This document shows, one piece after another, positions 9,101-20,357 of a stretch of DNA of 42,964 nucleotides. The first letter of the stretch is position 1. Each line of letters begins with the position of its first letter. The notes under the pieces are model-generated. The model did no database searches and had not been told where the DNA came from. It worked only from the letters and a program-made list of their open reading frames with translations. The DNA is from Fidelibacterota bacterium. Its GTDB lineage: Bacteria; Fidelibacterota; Marinisomatia; Marinisomatales; CAZVFT01. Location of the stretch: the NCBI GenBank assembly GCA_014381485.1, contig JACNLN010000087.1:1-42964 (forward strand), given 5' to 3'. Both the position numbers and the translations under genes were made by a program.

Positions 9101-9967
9101 CCCTGGGTAGTTGATAGAAATGTTTGGGTCCAAATTGAAGGGGTATGGAATTCTTTCAACAGAGAATGGAAGAGGGTTGAGGATAATCTTGAGCGGGAGA
9201 TTTATAAACTTCAGGTAGGTGATGAACTTCAACCTGGCGTTCTGAAACTAGCAAAAGTAAACATTGCGAGTAAACGGAAGCTCCAGGTAGGTGACAAGAT
9301 GGCTGGACGTCATGGAAATAAGGGGGTCGTTTCTGTGGTTGTTCCTGAAGAAGATATGCCATTTTTGGCTGATGGAACTCCAGTGGATATAGTTCTTAAT
9401 CCTCTTGGAGTACCTTCCCGTATGAATCTTGGTCAATTATATGAAACGATGCTTGGCTTGGCTGGTGAAAAACTTGGTGTTTCGTATGAGACGCCAGCAT
9501 TTGATGGAGCAACCCCAATACAGGTTGAAGAGGAATTAAAAAAAGCTAATATTCCCAAAGGATCTAAGGTTGAGCTTCATGATGGAAAAACCGGTGAAAA
9601 GTTCGATTATCCTGTGACAGTAGGTAAGATTTATATGATGAAATTAAACCATATGGTTGTTGATAAAATGCACGCTCGATCTACAGGTCCATACTCACTC
9701 ATCACGCAACAACCGTTAGGGGGTAAAGCCCAATTCGGAGGACAACGTTTTGGGGAGATGGAAGTTTGGGCACTTGAAGCATACGGTGCGTCTAATACCT
9801 TAAGAGAAATACTCACGGTAAAATCTGACGATGTTGAAGGTCGTTCAAAGGTCTATAATGCCATCGTAAGAGGTGAAAATATACCAAGCTTTGGGGTTCC
9901 AGAATCTTTCAACGTATTAGTGAAGGAACTTCAAGGATTGGGTGTTAATGTAGAACTACATCAATAG
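6179..9967 (+). CDS. rpoB: DNA-directed RNA polymerase subunit beta
   Basis: 1262 aa with canonical beta motifs (FFGTSQLSQFMDQTNPL, NMQRQAVP, GDKMAGRHGNKGV, GGQRFGEMEVWALEAYGA). TTG start 6 nt after a GGAGGA SD, so the exact start is somewhat uncertain. Confidence 0.98.
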   Translation: MTPNSKYKLKRQSFANIKSIIDMPDLLDVQIRSFKQFTQEDIKEDERELIGLEQVFRNAFPIEDNHKNYILEYKNYYLGLPKYNPDECIERGVTYSVPLKVRLILHLTDEYDKSKYAQSIEQDVYFGNLPHMTERGTFIINGAERVIVNQLQRSPGVFFDEHIHPNGTKLFQARVIPSRGSWVDFTTDIADCIFVIIDRRRKFPVTTLLRALGFSSNADIFRAFNLIKKVNIKSKVAEKFIGARVANDVINVETGEIFCEDGAEVTVELLEELKKTSTKTIEVAQVHDELAAEIFANTMKKDPTKNMEEALRLMYQHIRSGEPPNLETAQKFIERMFFSPKRYDLGKVGRYRINKQFDLNVPLDNTILTTDDLTMIIQYLIEMRMGQRGPDDIDHLGNRRMKTVCEQLTNQFMIAMTRMIRNVRERMNLREAESLTPQDLINSRVVTTVINTFFGTSQLSQFMDQTNPLAEITHKRRVSALGPGGLTRERAGFEVRDVHYTHYSRLCPIETPEGPNIGLISSLAMFADVNDLGFIEAPYRVVKHQNDKDAFVTQEIKYLSAEDEDRSIIAQPNIAVDEKGKIVESQVRARIKGDFPIVNPEEIQYMDVVPQQVLSVAASLIPFLEHDDANRALMGSNMQRQAVPLLNPEAPIVGTGMEKVIVHDSRGTIYSPVEGVVESVDAEKIVIRSDNIPDDIIITHEDEKNLIHISLKKYRRSNQDTCIDQRPVVSEGQKVKIGDLLADGTAVRRGELALGRNLLVAFMPWWGYNFEDAIVVTERLVKDDIFTSVSVSEIELEVRDTKRGEEELTSEIPNVSEENTKDLDENGVIRVGARVKPGDIIVGKVTPKGETDPTPEEKLLRAIFGEKAGDVKDASKKAEHGIDGVVTRTRLFERKRKGSRVQEHKIIAQLQEDVRKAKKQLKMRRDKRLKQLMENQTSAGLRDKATSKTIIKASTKLTEKRLRDLDYERIKREKPWVVDRNVWVQIEGVWNSFNREWKRVEDNLEREIYKLQVGDELQPGVLKLAKVNIASKRKLQVGDKMAGRHGNKGVVSVVVPEEDMPFLADGTPVDIVLNPLGVPSRMNLGQLYETMLGLAGEKLGVSYETPAFDGATPIQVEEELKKANIPKGSKVELHDGKTGEKFDYPVTVGKIYMMKLNHMVVDKMHARSTGPYSLITQQPLGGKAQFGGQRFGEMEVWALEAYGASNTLREILTVKSDDVEGRSKVYNAIVRGENIPSFGVPESFNVLVKELQGLGVNVELHQ

Positions 9968-9981
9968 GTGGAGGATAATAA

Positions 9982-12900
9982 TTGGTATACATAAAACCAC
10001 CCAAAGTTGATACTAGCCGAGATTTCAAAGCTGTATCTATTGGACTCACTTCTCCTGAGGAGATTCTGAATAGGTCCTATGGCGAAGTGTTGAAGCCTGA
10101 GACTATTAATTACCGATCATATAAGCCAGAGAAAGACGGATTATTCTGTGAAAAGATATTTGGTCCTGTGAAAGATTATGAGTGTCATTGCGGGAAGTAC
10201 AAAGGGATTCGTTACAGAAGCATTATCTGTGACCGTTGTGGTGTAGAAGTAACACGACGGAGAGTACGTAGAGAACGTGTGGGACACATTACCCTCGCTG
10301 TACCGGTAGTACATATTTGGTATTTGAGATCAATTCCCGGGAAAATAAGTCACCTTTTGGGCATTCCTACCCGTGAAATCGAAAAGGTAATTTATTATGA
10401 GGATTATATTATCATTAATCCTGGTGCATCAGAGAAAAAGAAGTTTGACTTGATTAATGAACTTGAATTTTTAGAACTGGAAGCTCAATTTGGAAAAGAT
10501 ACCGTTGGTGAGGAAGACCGTGATGAAGAAAATTATTTTTATGCTGCGATGGGTGGGGAAGCCATTATTGAGGCTTTCAGAACCCTTAATATTTATTCTC
10601 TAATAAAAGAGCTTGAGCATACGATTAAGACCTCGCGATCCCGTCAAAAACGTTCAGATGCTTTAAAGCGCTTAAAAGTAGTTAAAGCATTCTATCCCAG
10701 TCCAGATAAAAGACGGGTTAATCGTCCTGAATGGATGGTTATTAGTGTACTTCCGGTAATACCTCCGGAATTGAGACCTCTTGTACCACTGGAAGGTGGA
10801 CGATTTGCTGCCAGTGATCTCAATGATCTTTACAGGCGAGTAATAATTAGAAACAATCGGTTGAAACAGTTGATGGGGATTCAGGCACCGGATGTCATTC
10901 TCAGGAATGAAAAACGTATGCTTCAAGAAGCCGTAGATACACTTTTGGATAATACCCGCCGTGGAACTGCACTTAGTAGCGGAACCCGAAGACCTCTGAA
11001 AAGCTTAAGCGATATGCTTAGAGGTAAACAGGGTCGATTCCGTCAGAACCTCTTGGGTAAACGAGTGGATTATTCGGGGCGGTCTGTTATTGTGGTGGGT
11101 CCGCGCCTGAAATTGCATGAATGTGGCCTTCCGAAAGATATTGCCATTGAACTCTTCAAACCTCATTTAATCCATGAGTTGATTGTTAGAGGTTATGCAA
11201 AAACCCCAAGGGGCGGAAAACTGTTAGTTGAACAAAAGTCGCCTCAGGTGTATGATGTTCTTGAGTACGTGGTGAGAGATCATCCAGTATTGTTAAATCG
11301 GGCTCCTACTCTCCATCGTTTGGGTATTCAAGCATTCCAACCAGTTCTTGTTGATGGCAAAGCTATCCAGATTCATCCATTAGTCTGTACTGCTTTTAAT
11401 GCTGATTTCGATGGAGACCAGATGGCGGTTCATGTGCCCCTTTCTCCCGAAGCACAACTTGAAGCCAGAATGTTAATGCTTTCATCTCATAATATTCTCC
11501 ATCCAGCTCACGGTAATCCGATCACTATCCCCTCCCAAGATATGGTTCTCGGTTGTTATTACCTGACCAAGAAGAAAAAAGGAGAAAAAGGGGAAGGGAT
11601 GAATTTCTCCAGTATTGATGAGGTAGCTCTTGCATATGAAAATAAGGTCGTCGGTCTCCACGCCATTATTAATCTGAGAATCGGTGATAGATGGTTTAAA
11701 GAGACCAGTGTCGGACGTGCGATATTTAATTCAATTCTTCCTGATGAACTGGATTATATTGATATGCTGATATCGAAAAAGAAAATTGAGAAAATTATAC
11801 ATGAAGCTTATGAAAAAGCAGGAAATCACAGGACGGTTGAATTTTTAGATGACCTTAAAAAGTTTGGGTTTGATTATGCTACAAAAAGTGGGACGTCCAT
11901 ATCTATTGAAGATGTATTGGTGCCAGATGAAAAACAGAATAATATTCAACACGCTACTAAAGAGGTGAGATCAATTCAATCCAAGTATAACAGACGAATA
12001 TTGACTGAGGGTGAGAGGTATAACAAGATTATCGATGTTTGGACTCATACCACAAACAAGGTAGCTGCTGATATGATGTATCATTTAGAATCTGATCAAG
12101 AGGGGTTCAATCCGGTTTTTATGATGGCAGATTCAGGTGCACGTGGTAGTCAGGATCAGATTAGACAGCTGGCTGCCATGCGTGGATTAATGGCGAAACC
12201 TAAAAAAAGTATGACTGGCGGAAGAGGTGAAATTATCGAGAATCCTATCACTTCAAATTTTAAAGAAGGGTTATCGGTATTGGAATATTTCATTTCGACA
12301 CACGGTGCTCGGAAAGGACTTGCTGATACTGCTTTGAAAACAGCTGATGCTGGATATTTAACGCGTCGTCTTGTGGATGTTGCTCAAGATGTTGTGGTAA
12401 CAATCGAAGATTGTGGAACTATTAATGGAGTGTGGATTTCCGATTTGAAGGAAGGTGAAGAAATTATCGAACCACTTCGAGATCGTATTCGTGGACGTGT
12501 TTTACAAGAGGATATCATTCACCGAGGAAAAGTTGTGGTTAAAGAGGCGACGCCAATAGATGATGAAGTAAGCGATACAATTGCTAATCTTGGTTTGAAC
12601 AGAGTATTTATTCGTTCAGTATTAACCTGTGAAGCGAAACATGGCGTTTGTCGTAATTGTTATGGGTTGGATTTGAATACAAAAAAACTTGTGTCGATGG
12701 GCACTGCTGTGGGTATTGTTGCTGCTCAAAGCATTGGTGAACCAGGTACTCAGCTTACATTAAGGACGTTTCATATAGGTGGGACAGCTTCTAGAATTAT
12801 TGAAAAATCCCAGATGGTAACCAGCAAAGAAGGTACAATTCGATTTTCACCCAATCTAAAATGTGCAAAAGTTGTAGATGAGGAGGATATTTCAGAGACA

Positions 12901-14259
12901 AAACGTAAACTCAATCGAGTACTTATTCGGAATGCAATGATTGAGGTTATGGGTGATAATGACAAGGTTCTAACCAGTTATAATGTTCCGTATGGATCGA
13001 TTCTTCTGGTAAAAAATAATCAAAAAGTAGAGGTGGGACAGGTATTATTTACATGGGATCCATACACAGATGTAATTCTTGCACGTCAGAGTGGATATGT
13101 TCGGTTTGTTGACATGATAGAAGGTGAGACTTACCATGTGGAGGCGGTAGAGAGTGGTAAAAAACAAATGGTAATAATTGAATCTAAAGATAGAAACTTA
13201 TCTCCACACATTGAAATAACAGATAAAAATAAAAATATTGTATCAGGAGGGACAATACTACCAGTTGAAGCCATTTTAATGGTTGCAGATGGACAAAAGG
13301 TATCGGCAGGGACTATTCTCGTAAAAATTTCGAGGGGGGTAGGGAAGACGCGGGATATTACAGGAGGATTACCCAGAGTAGCCGAATTATTTGAGGTAAG
13401 AAAGCCAAAAGAACCTGCAGTAGTTACTGAAATAAATGGTGTTGTAAGTTTTGGTAAAACAAAACGAGGCATCCGTGAGATGATCGTTCACGGTACTCAC
13501 GACGAAAAGGGTAAATATAAAATTCCTTATGGCAAACACGTCATTGTGCATGAAGGCGATTGGGTCAGTGCTGGTGATCGTCTTTGTGAAGGGGCTATTT
13601 CACCAAAAGATATTCTCAATATTCTCGGACCAGAGCGTGTTCAAGAATACCTCGTAAATGAGATTCAGGAAGTGTATCGTTTGCAAGGTGTACGGATAAA
13701 CGACAAACATATTGAAGTGATTGTACGTCAGATGATGCAGAAGTTAAAGGTAGAAGATAATGGAGATACAGTTTTCCTCCCAGGTGATAGTGTCAATAGA
13801 GTTCAACTTTTCCAAGAAAATTCCCGAGTTTCAAATATGGCAGTAGTGACAAATCCGGGCGATTCCGAATTCGAGGAGGGGGACCTTATAGACAAATCTG
13901 AGTTAAGGACTATTAATAGGGAATTGAAAGAAGGTAAGAAGAATTCAATAAAGACCCGGAAGGCCAAACAGGCATCTTTCCAACCCCTGTTACTAGGGAT
14001 TACCCGTGCATCTTTAAATACTGAGAGTTTTATATCTGCAGCTTCTTTTCAGGAGACAACCCGTGTTTTAACTGATGCTTCTGCTGAAGGTAAGATAGAT
14101 CACCTCATTGGATTGAAGGAGAATGTCATTATGGGTAAACTTATTCCATCTGGGACTGGCTTTAATCAATTTAAAGATCCTTTAGTTCATGCTCCTGAAG
14201 AGGAATTAGTTGCGGAAGAGGTTCCTGTGGAAATTAAAGAAGAAGTATCTACTAGTTAG
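9982..14259 (+). CDS. rpoC: DNA-directed RNA polymerase subunit beta'
   Basis: 1425 aa. Zn-finger CHCGKY...CDRCGVEV, catalytic [12 protein letters not shown], and a trigger-loop region with an SI3-like insertion. TTG start after a GGTGGAGGA SD. Confidence 0.98.
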   Translation: MVYIKPPKVDTSRDFKAVSIGLTSPEEILNRSYGEVLKPETINYRSYKPEKDGLFCEKIFGPVKDYECHCGKYKGIRYRSIICDRCGVEVTRRRVRRERVGHITLAVPVVHIWYLRSIPGKISHLLGIPTREIEKVIYYEDYIIINPGASEKKKFDLINELEFLELEAQFGKDTVGEEDRDEENYFYAAMGGEAIIEAFRTLNIYSLIKELEHTIKTSRSRQKRSDALKRLKVVKAFYPSPDKRRVNRPEWMVISVLPVIPPELRPLVPLEGGRFAASDLNDLYRRVIIRNNRLKQLMGIQAPDVILRNEKRMLQEAVDTLLDNTRRGTALSSGTRRPLKSLSDMLRGKQGRFRQNLLGKRVDYSGRSVIVVGPRLKLHECGLPKDIAIELFKPHLIHELIVRGYAKTPRGGKLLVEQKSPQVYDVLEYVVRDHPVLLNRAPTLHRLGIQAFQPVLVDGKAIQIHPLVCTAFNADFDGDQMAVHVPLSPEAQLEARMLMLSSHNILHPAHGNPITIPSQDMVLGCYYLTKKKKGEKGEGMNFSSIDEVALAYENKVVGLHAIINLRIGDRWFKETSVGRAIFNSILPDELDYIDMLISKKKIEKIIHEAYEKAGNHRTVEFLDDLKKFGFDYATKSGTSISIEDVLVPDEKQNNIQHATKEVRSIQSKYNRRILTEGERYNKIIDVWTHTTNKVAADMMYHLESDQEGFNPVFMMADSGARGSQDQIRQLAAMRGLMAKPKKSMTGGRGEIIENPITSNFKEGLSVLEYFISTHGARKGLADTALKTADAGYLTRRLVDVAQDVVVTIEDCGTINGVWISDLKEGEEIIEPLRDRIRGRVLQEDIIHRGKVVVKEATPIDDEVSDTIANLGLNRVFIRSVLTCEAKHGVCRNCYGLDLNTKKLVSMGTAVGIVAAQSIGEPGTQLTLRTFHIGGTASRIIEKSQMVTSKEGTIRFSPNLKCAKVVDEEDISETKRKLNRVLIRNAMIEVMGDNDKVLTSYNVPYGSILLVKNNQKVEVGQVLFTWDPYTDVILARQSGYVRFVDMIEGETYHVEAVESGKKQMVIIESKDRNLSPHIEITDKNKNIVSGGTILPVEAILMVADGQKVSAGTILVKISRGVGKTRDITGGLPRVAELFEVRKPKEPAVVTEINGVVSFGKTKRGIREMIVHGTHDEKGKYKIPYGKHVIVHEGDWVSAGDRLCEGAISPKDILNILGPERVQEYLVNEIQEVYRLQGVRINDKHIEVIVRQMMQKLKVEDNGDTVFLPGDSVNRVQLFQENSRVSNMAVVTNPGDSEFEEGDLIDKSELRTINRELKEGKKNSIKTRKAKQASFQPLLLGITRASLNTESFISAASFQETTRVLTDASAEGKIDHLIGLKENVIMGKLIPSGTGFNQFKDPLVHAPEEELVAEEVPVEIKEEVSTS

Positions 14260-14286
14260 ATGAATGTTTTTATATGGAGTAGTTGA

Positions 14287-14658
14287 ATGCCGACTATTAA
14301 TCAGTTAGTTCGAAAAGGAAGGAAAAAAGTAATAAAGAAGAAGACAGCCCCAGCTTTAATGGGAAATCCTCAAAAACGAGGTGTATGTACTCGGGTGTAC
14401 ACAACAACACCGAAAAAACCAAATTCTGCCTTACGAAAGGTAGCCAGAATTCGGCTAACTAATGGAATGGAAGTTACTGCTTATATCCCTGGGGAAGGTC
14501 ATAACCTTCAGGAACATTCTATTGTACTAATCGAGGGGGGAAGGGTAAAAGACCTTCCAGGAGTTCGTTACCACATTGTGCGTGGAACTTTAGACACTGC
14601 TGGAGTTGTTGATCGAACAACCAGCCGTTCTCGCTATGGCACAAAAAGACCGAGGTAA
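14287..14658 (+). CDS. rpsL: 30S ribosomal protein S12
   Basis: 123 aa. MPTINQL.RKGR and [11 protein letters not shown] signatures. Confidence 0.99.
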   Translation: MPTINQLVRKGRKKVIKKKTAPALMGNPQKRGVCTRVYTTTPKKPNSALRKVARIRLTNGMEVTAYIPGEGHNLQEHSIVLIEGGRVKDLPGVRYHIVRGTLDTAGVVDRTTSRSRYGTKRPR

Positions 14659-14661
14659 GTT

Positions 14662-15129
14662 ATGAGAAGAAGTAGAGCGGAAAGAAGGCAAATTTCTCCA
14701 GATCCCGTATATGGGGACGTAATGGTTCAAAAATTTATCAACAATTTATTACAGCAGGGTAAAAAGGGAACTTCTGAACGGATCTTCTATGGTGCACTGA
14801 ATATTATTGAGGGCAAGACAAAAAGCGATCCTCTTGAATTGTTTCATAAAGCTATGGAGAATGTAAAACCTCTCATAGAAGTGAAATCAAGGCGAATTGG
14901 TGGTGCCACATATCAGATACCGGTTGAAGTAGCAAACCACCGGGCTTTTGCTCTTGGCACGCGATGGATTATTACATACGCAAAAAATCGAAAAGGTAAA
15001 CCGATGGCTGAGAAGCTGGCTTCTGAATTATTAGCTGCTGCAAATAATGATGGTGGAGCCATTAAGAAAAAGGAAGATACACATCGTATGGCTGAAGCAA
15101 ATAAAGCATTTGCTCACTTTGGTAGATAA
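14662..15129 (+). CDS. rpsG: 30S ribosomal protein S7
   Basis: 155 aa with S7-family sequence (KSRR.GGATYQ.PVEV). str operon order. Confidence 0.98.
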   Translation: MRRSRAERRQISPDPVYGDVMVQKFINNLLQQGKKGTSERIFYGALNIIEGKTKSDPLELFHKAMENVKPLIEVKSRRIGGATYQIPVEVANHRAFALGTRWIITYAKNRKGKPMAEKLASELLAAANNDGGAIKKKEDTHRMAEANKAFAHFGR

Positions 15130-15131
15130 TC

Positions 15132-17222
15132 ATGAAGAAGTCACCTTTAGAAAGAGTAAGAAACATTGGCATCATGGCTCATATTGATGCGGGTAAGACA
15201 ACAACGACGGAGCGGATTTTGTTCTATACAGGACGTTTACATCGTATGGGCGAGGTACACGAGGGTTCTACAGCAATGGATTGGATGGATCAAGAAAGGG
15301 AACGTGGTATTACCATTACTTCAGCAGCAACCACTACTTTTTGGAATGAACACCGGATTAACATCATTGATACACCGGGTCACATAGACTTTACTGCTGA
15401 AGTCGAACGCTCGTTAAGAGTTCTCGATGGTGGGATTGTAGTATTCTGTGCAGTAGGAGGGGTAGAACCCCAAAGTGAGACAGTCTGGCGTCAAGCAGAC
15501 AGATATAAAGTTCCACGAGTTGCTTTTGTAAATAAAATGGATCGGATGGGAGCTGATTTTTATGAAGTAATTCATATGATGAAACACCGTTTGAATGCAA
15601 AACCTTTGCTTCTTGTTTTACCTATTGGGGCAGGTGATTTATTTACGGGTATTGTGGATTTAATTTCTATGAAAGCAATTGTTTATTATGAGCCCAGTCT
15701 CGGCACTCATTTTGAACTTATTGATATTCCTAGTGATATGGTGGAGGAAGTTGAGGAAGCCCGCCACAAGATGGTGGAGGAAATTGCAGCATACGATGAA
15801 CAGCTTTTTGAGAAATATCTCGCCGGGAAAGATTTGACAACAGAGGAAATTAAAAATGCTATTCGAAAAGGATGTTTAGATAATGCCTTTATTCCAGTAC
15901 TGTGTGGATCTGCTTATAAAAATAAAGGCATTCAGAGATTACTGGATGCAATAGTTGATTATCTACCCTCTCCAATGGATAAACAAGAGATAATTGGTTT
16001 TCCACCTGAGGATAGTGATATAACGTTAAGCAGGAAACCTTCACCAAATGAACCCTTCAGTGCTTTAGCTTTTAAAATCATGTCTGATCCCTATGTAGGC
16101 AGATTGACATTTTTCCGTGTTTATTCAGGTGAAGTCAAAATCAAGGATTCAATTTACAATTCTACGGTTGGTAGGAAAGAAAGAGTATCTCGTTTATTAT
16201 TGATGCACGCCGACAAACGTGAGGAGAGAGAGAAAGTGACTGCGGGTGAAATTGCTGCTGCAGTTGGATTGAAACATACAAAAACGGGACATACACTGTG
16301 TGATCGCAAATATCCCATTATTCTTGAATCAATGGAGTTTCAGAAACCAGTGATTTCTGTGACAATAGAGCCATCAAGTAAGGCAGATCAGAATGTCCTA
16401 TCGGAAGCGTTGGTAAAGCTTTCTGATGAGGACCCTACTTTTAAAGTAGAAAGGGATAGTGAAACAGATCAAACGATAATTTCTGGAATGGGGGAGTTAC
16501 ATTTAGAAATTTTAGTAGATAGGTTGATGCGGGAATTCAATATTCGAGCCAATGTAGGTAGACCTCAAGTTGCTTATCGGGAGACCATAAAAAAGTCTGC
16601 GGAAGCAGAGGGGAAGTTTATTCGCCAATCGGGGGGACGTGGACAATACGGATGTGTTAAGATAAAAGTTGAACCAAATGAGGCCGGCAAAGGATATCAT
16701 TTCGAGACAAAAATAGTGGGTGGAGTTATACCCCGGGACTACATTCCAGCTGTTAATCAAGGAATCCAAGAAGCCCTTAAGAACGGGGTTTTAGCTGGGT
16801 ATCCCCTGGAGGATATTCGGGTGGAGCTTATTGATGGGTCCTATCACGAAGTAGATTCATCGGAAATTGCTTTTAAATTTGCTGGTTCAATGGCTATTCA
16901 GGAGGCTTGTAAAAAAGCAAAGCCCAGTTTGACAGAACCTGTGATGAAGCTCGAAGTTATATTGTCAGAACAGTACATTGGGGATGTAATGGCTGATTTA
17001 AATTCCAGACGAGGCAGGATTATGGGAACCGAACATCGGAAGGATGCAGTTGTTTTGCATTCAAAAGTTCCTTTGAGCGAAATGTTTGGGTACGCTACGG
17101 ATTTGAGATCTATCACACAGGGAAGAGCAGTTTTTACAATGGAATTCGAGGAATATCAAGATGTTCCTACTAGAATTGAAGCCAAGATTATGGAAAAAGC
17201 CCGTGGGGTAATAACAATATAA
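15132..17222 (+). CDS. fusA: Elongation factor G
   Basis: 696 aa. [22 protein letters not shown] and NKMDR motifs. Lies between rpsG and tuf. Confidence 0.99.
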   Translation: MKKSPLERVRNIGIMAHIDAGKTTTTERILFYTGRLHRMGEVHEGSTAMDWMDQERERGITITSAATTTFWNEHRINIIDTPGHIDFTAEVERSLRVLDGGIVVFCAVGGVEPQSETVWRQADRYKVPRVAFVNKMDRMGADFYEVIHMMKHRLNAKPLLLVLPIGAGDLFTGIVDLISMKAIVYYEPSLGTHFELIDIPSDMVEEVEEARHKMVEEIAAYDEQLFEKYLAGKDLTTEEIKNAIRKGCLDNAFIPVLCGSAYKNKGIQRLLDAIVDYLPSPMDKQEIIGFPPEDSDITLSRKPSPNEPFSALAFKIMSDPYVGRLTFFRVYSGEVKIKDSIYNSTVGRKERVSRLLLMHADKREEREKVTAGEIAAAVGLKHTKTGHTLCDRKYPIILESMEFQKPVISVTIEPSSKADQNVLSEALVKLSDEDPTFKVERDSETDQTIISGMGELHLEILVDRLMREFNIRANVGRPQVAYRETIKKSAEAEGKFIRQSGGRGQYGCVKIKVEPNEAGKGYHFETKIVGGVIPRDYIPAVNQGIQEALKNGVLAGYPLEDIRVELIDGSYHEVDSSEIAFKFAGSMAIQEACKKAKPSLTEPVMKLEVILSEQYIGDVMADLNSRRGRIMGTEHRKDAVVLHSKVPLSEMFGYATDLRSITQGRAVFTMEFEEYQDVPTRIEAKIMEKARGVITI

Positions 17223-17239
17223 GATAAGATCAACATTAG

Positions 17240-18464
17240 GGAGGAACAGCACAATGGCAAAGGAGAAATTTTCGAGGACGAAGCCTCACTTAAATATAGG
17301 GACGATAGGTCATGTAGATCATGGGAAGACGACATTGACGGCAGCGATGACGTTATATTTAAGCAAGCGTGGTTTAGCAGAGGCTCGGACGTTTGATAGT
17401 ATTGATAGTGCTCCTGAGGAGCGGGAGCGAGGATTAACGATACAGACGGCACATGTGGAGTATGAGACGGATAATCGTCATTATGCACACATAGATTGTC
17501 CGGGACATGCAGATTACATCAAGAATATGATAACGGGAGCGGCACAGATGGATGGATCTGTATTGGTAGTATCGGCGGCAGATGGTCCAATGCCCCAGAC
17601 ACGTGAGCATGTATTATTAGCACGTCAGGTAAATGTTCCGGCTATTGTGGTATTTATGAACAAGACGGATCAGGTAGATGATCCGGAGTTACTGGAGTTA
17701 GTGGAGTTGGAGTTGCGTGAGTTATTGGATGAGTACAATTTTCCTGGTGATGAGATACCGATAATACAGGGTAGTGCGTTGGAGGCGTTGAGCAATCCAG
17801 AGGATGAGGAGTTGACTCGGTGTATAGTGGAGTTATTGGATGCGATAGACAGTTACATACCGGAGCCGGAGCGAGATATAGACAGGCCATTTTTGATGCC
17901 TGTGGAGGATGTATTCAGTATTACGGGACGAGGTACGGTAGGTACAGGAAGGATAGAGCGTGGGATAATAAAGGTAGGTGATTCGGTAGAGATAGTGGGA
18001 TTAGGAGAGACGAGTAAGACGGTAGTGACGGGAGTAGAGATGTTTCGTAAGATATTGGATGAGGGTCAGGCTGGAGATAATGCTGGTTTATTGTTGAGGG
18101 GAGTGGATAAGGATGATTTAAAGCGAGGTCAGGTTATATCGGCGGTAGGAAGTATCACGCCCCACACGAAGTTTGAGGCGAAGGTATATGTATTGAAGAA
18201 GGAGGAGGGAGGTCGTCACACGCCCTTTTTTGAGGGATATCGGCCTCAGTTTTATTTTCGAACGACAGATGTGACGGGCGTGGTGAGTTTGCCTGAGGGA
18301 GTAGAGATGGTGATGCCAGGAGATAATGTAAACGTTAAAGTGGAGTTGATAACACCGATAGCGATGGAGAAGGAGTTGAGGTTTGCGATTCGTGAGGGTG
18401 GTCACACCGTTGGAGCTGGAGTCGTGACGGATATTCTTGAGTAAGGAGAATCAAATTGGCTGGA
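17240..18464 (+). repeat. Direct repeat copy 2 (about 1225 bp), identical to 1739-2963
   Basis: See copy 1. The left boundary is a 1-nt indel (ATTAGG-GAGG here against ATTAGGAGG in copy 1). The right boundary is 18464/18465 (GGA|C), against 2963/2964 (GGA|A) in copy 1. Confidence 0.9.
17254..18444 (+). CDS. tuf: Elongation factor Tu (copy 2)
   Basis: 396 aa, identical to copy 1. Canonical tufA position after fusA and upstream of rpsJ. Confidence 0.99.
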   Translation: MAKEKFSRTKPHLNIGTIGHVDHGKTTLTAAMTLYLSKRGLAEARTFDSIDSAPEERERGLTIQTAHVEYETDNRHYAHIDCPGHADYIKNMITGAAQMDGSVLVVSAADGPMPQTREHVLLARQVNVPAIVVFMNKTDQVDDPELLELVELELRELLDEYNFPGDEIPIIQGSALEALSNPEDEELTRCIVELLDAIDSYIPEPERDIDRPFLMPVEDVFSITGRGTVGTGRIERGIIKVGDSVEIVGLGETSKTVVTGVEMFRKILDEGQAGDNAGLLLRGVDKDDLKRGQVISAVGSITPHTKFEAKVYVLKKEEGGRHTPFFEGYRPQFYFRTTDVTGVVSLPEGVEMVMPGDNVNVKVELITPIAMEKELRFAIREGGHTVGAGVVTDILE

Positions 18465-18764
18465 CAAACGATAAGGATAAAAATAAAGGCATATGATCAT
18501 AACCTTCTGGACAAATCTATGGACAGAATTGTAAAAACTGTCCGATCTACGGGAGCAGTGATTTTAGGTCCTATTCCCTTACCAACTAAACGAACAGTGT
18601 ATACGGTGCTTAGATCGCCTCATGTGAATAAAAAATCGCGTGAACAATTCCAAACGAAAATTCACAAAAGGTTAATTGACATTTTAAATGCTTCACCTAA
18701 AACCATCGATTCTCTGATGAAAGTAGATCTTCCTGCTGGAGTAGATATTGAGATAAAGGCATAA
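18456..18764 (+). CDS. rpsJ: 30S ribosomal protein S10
   Basis: 102 aa. IRIK.KAYDH..LD and S10-family sequence. TTG start lies inside the tuf repeat. Confidence 0.97.
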   Translation: MAGQTIRIKIKAYDHNLLDKSMDRIVKTVRSTGAVILGPIPLPTKRTVYTVLRSPHVNKKSREQFQTKIHKRLIDILNASPKTIDSLMKVDLPAGVDIEIKA

Positions 18765-18766
18765 CT

Positions 18767-19387
18767 ATGAACGGATTAATTGGTAAAAAGGTAGGAATGT
18801 CTCGTCTCTTTGATTCCGATGGTGAAAATATTCCTGTTTCTGTTATTCAAGCTGGACCTTGTGTTGTTGTTCAGATTAAAACGAAAAATAATGACGGATA
18901 CAGAGCAGTTCAAGTTGGATATAGTAACAAGAAACAAAAGAAAACGAATAACCCAATGATAGGACATTTCAAAAAAGCTGGAGTTGAACCAAAAAATTAT
19001 TTGATGGAATTCCCATTGAGAAAAGGTCAAAAAATCAAAATTGGACAAGTGATTGCTGTAGACATATTCAAAGAAGGAGATGTAGTTAACATTAGTGGTT
19101 TTTCAAAAGGTAAAGGATTTGCAGGTGTGGTTAAGCGACACGGGTTTCATGGCGGTCCTAAAAGCCATGGTAAGTCTGATCAGTTAAGAGCAGCGGGATC
19201 AATTGGTCAGTCATCGGATCCATCCCGTGTTTGGCCTGGGATGAAAATGCCCGGTCATATGGGGAATAAAAAAGTCCTGATAAAAAATCTCAAAGTCGTT
19301 AGTGTGGATAAAGATAAGCACCACCTCTATATAAAGGGTCCTGTACCTGGACCAAGAAATGGAATTGTTGTTGTTACAAAATCATAG
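18767..19387 (+). CDS. rplC: 50S ribosomal protein L3
   Basis: 206 aa. G..G.K.GM..F and GKGF.G..KRH.F L3 motifs. Confidence 0.98.
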   Translation: MNGLIGKKVGMSRLFDSDGENIPVSVIQAGPCVVVQIKTKNNDGYRAVQVGYSNKKQKKTNNPMIGHFKKAGVEPKNYLMEFPLRKGQKIKIGQVIAVDIFKEGDVVNISGFSKGKGFAGVVKRHGFHGGPKSHGKSDQLRAAGSIGQSSDPSRVWPGMKMPGHMGNKKVLIKNLKVVSVDKDKHHLYIKGPVPGPRNGIVVVTKS

Positions 19388-19396
19388 AACACTTTT

Positions 19397-20029
19397 GTGA
19401 TGCAAATAAAAGTACATAATACACAAGGAGAGGAAATCTCAAGAGTAAAGGTTGACAATTCGGTCTTCAAGATTGAGCCTAATGAAGATGTGGTCCATCG
19501 GGCAATTCTTGCAGAAAGGGTTAATTCAAGACAGGGGAGTCATTCCACTAAGACTCGTTCTGAAGTTCGTGGTGGTGGTCGGAAGCCGTGGAGACAAAAG
19601 GGAAGAGGAGTAGCAAGAGCTGGAACAATCCGTTCACCATTGTGGAGGGGGGGTGGTGTTACTTTTGGTCCGAAACCACATGATTACCACTATAAATTGC
19701 CAAAGAAAATGAAGCGACTTGCCAGACGGAGTGTTCTCTCTCAAAAGATAGTGGATAAAGAAATTTATGTTATGGATAAACTTGAATTAACTAAAGCCAG
19801 TACAAAGTCATTCAGAGAAGTTTTGAGGAATCTTAATATTGCTGATAAGAAGGTCACATTTTGTCCAGCAGAATTGAATAAGAATCTGCGTCTTTCAGCT
19901 CGAAATCTCCCCAATGTAACAGTTGTACCTGCTGTGCAGTTATCGACCTATAATATGATTGATTGTGATATTCTACTTTTTGATAAAGAGGGAATAAAGC
20001 AGTTGAATAAACAATTGGTAATAAACTGA
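19397..20029 (+). CDS. rplD: 50S ribosomal protein L4
   Basis: 210 aa. The GGGRKPWRQKGRG.AR motif is diagnostic of L4. The start is GTG at 19397 or ATG at 19400. Confidence 0.97.
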   Translation: MMQIKVHNTQGEEISRVKVDNSVFKIEPNEDVVHRAILAERVNSRQGSHSTKTRSEVRGGGRKPWRQKGRGVARAGTIRSPLWRGGGVTFGPKPHDYHYKLPKKMKRLARRSVLSQKIVDKEIYVMDKLELTKASTKSFREVLRNLNIADKKVTFCPAELNKNLRLSARNLPNVTVVPAVQLSTYNMIDCDILLFDKEGIKQLNKQLVIN

Positions 20030-20030
20030 A

Positions 20031-20354
20031 ATGGTAAAAGATAGAATTATTCTTGTCCGTCCAATTACAACGGAAAAAATGCACCGTCTTGAGGAATCGC
20101 AGAGGAAATATGCATTTCAGGTAGATCCAAAGGCGAATAAAATCGAGATTAAAGGAGCAGTTGAGAGAAAGTTTGACGTAAAGGTTAAGAAGGTAAGCAC
20201 AATAAATATGAAAGGTAAAAGAAAGGGACTCACCATCCGAAGTGGTGGACGTCCCATCCGGACAGTGGGAAAGAGAGCTGATTGGAAAAAAGCGATTGTG
20301 ACATTAGAACCAGGTTTTTCCATTGATTTATTTGGAGCAGAAGTGACGAGTTAA
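20031..20354 (+). CDS. rplW: 50S ribosomal protein L23
   Basis: 107 aa with L23-family sequence. S10 operon order. Confidence 0.95.
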   Translation: MVKDRIILVRPITTEKMHRLEESQRKYAFQVDPKANKIEIKGAVERKFDVKVKKVSTINMKGKRKGLTIRSGGRPIRTVGKRADWKKAIVTLEPGFSIDLFGAEVTS

Positions 20355-20357
20355 GTT

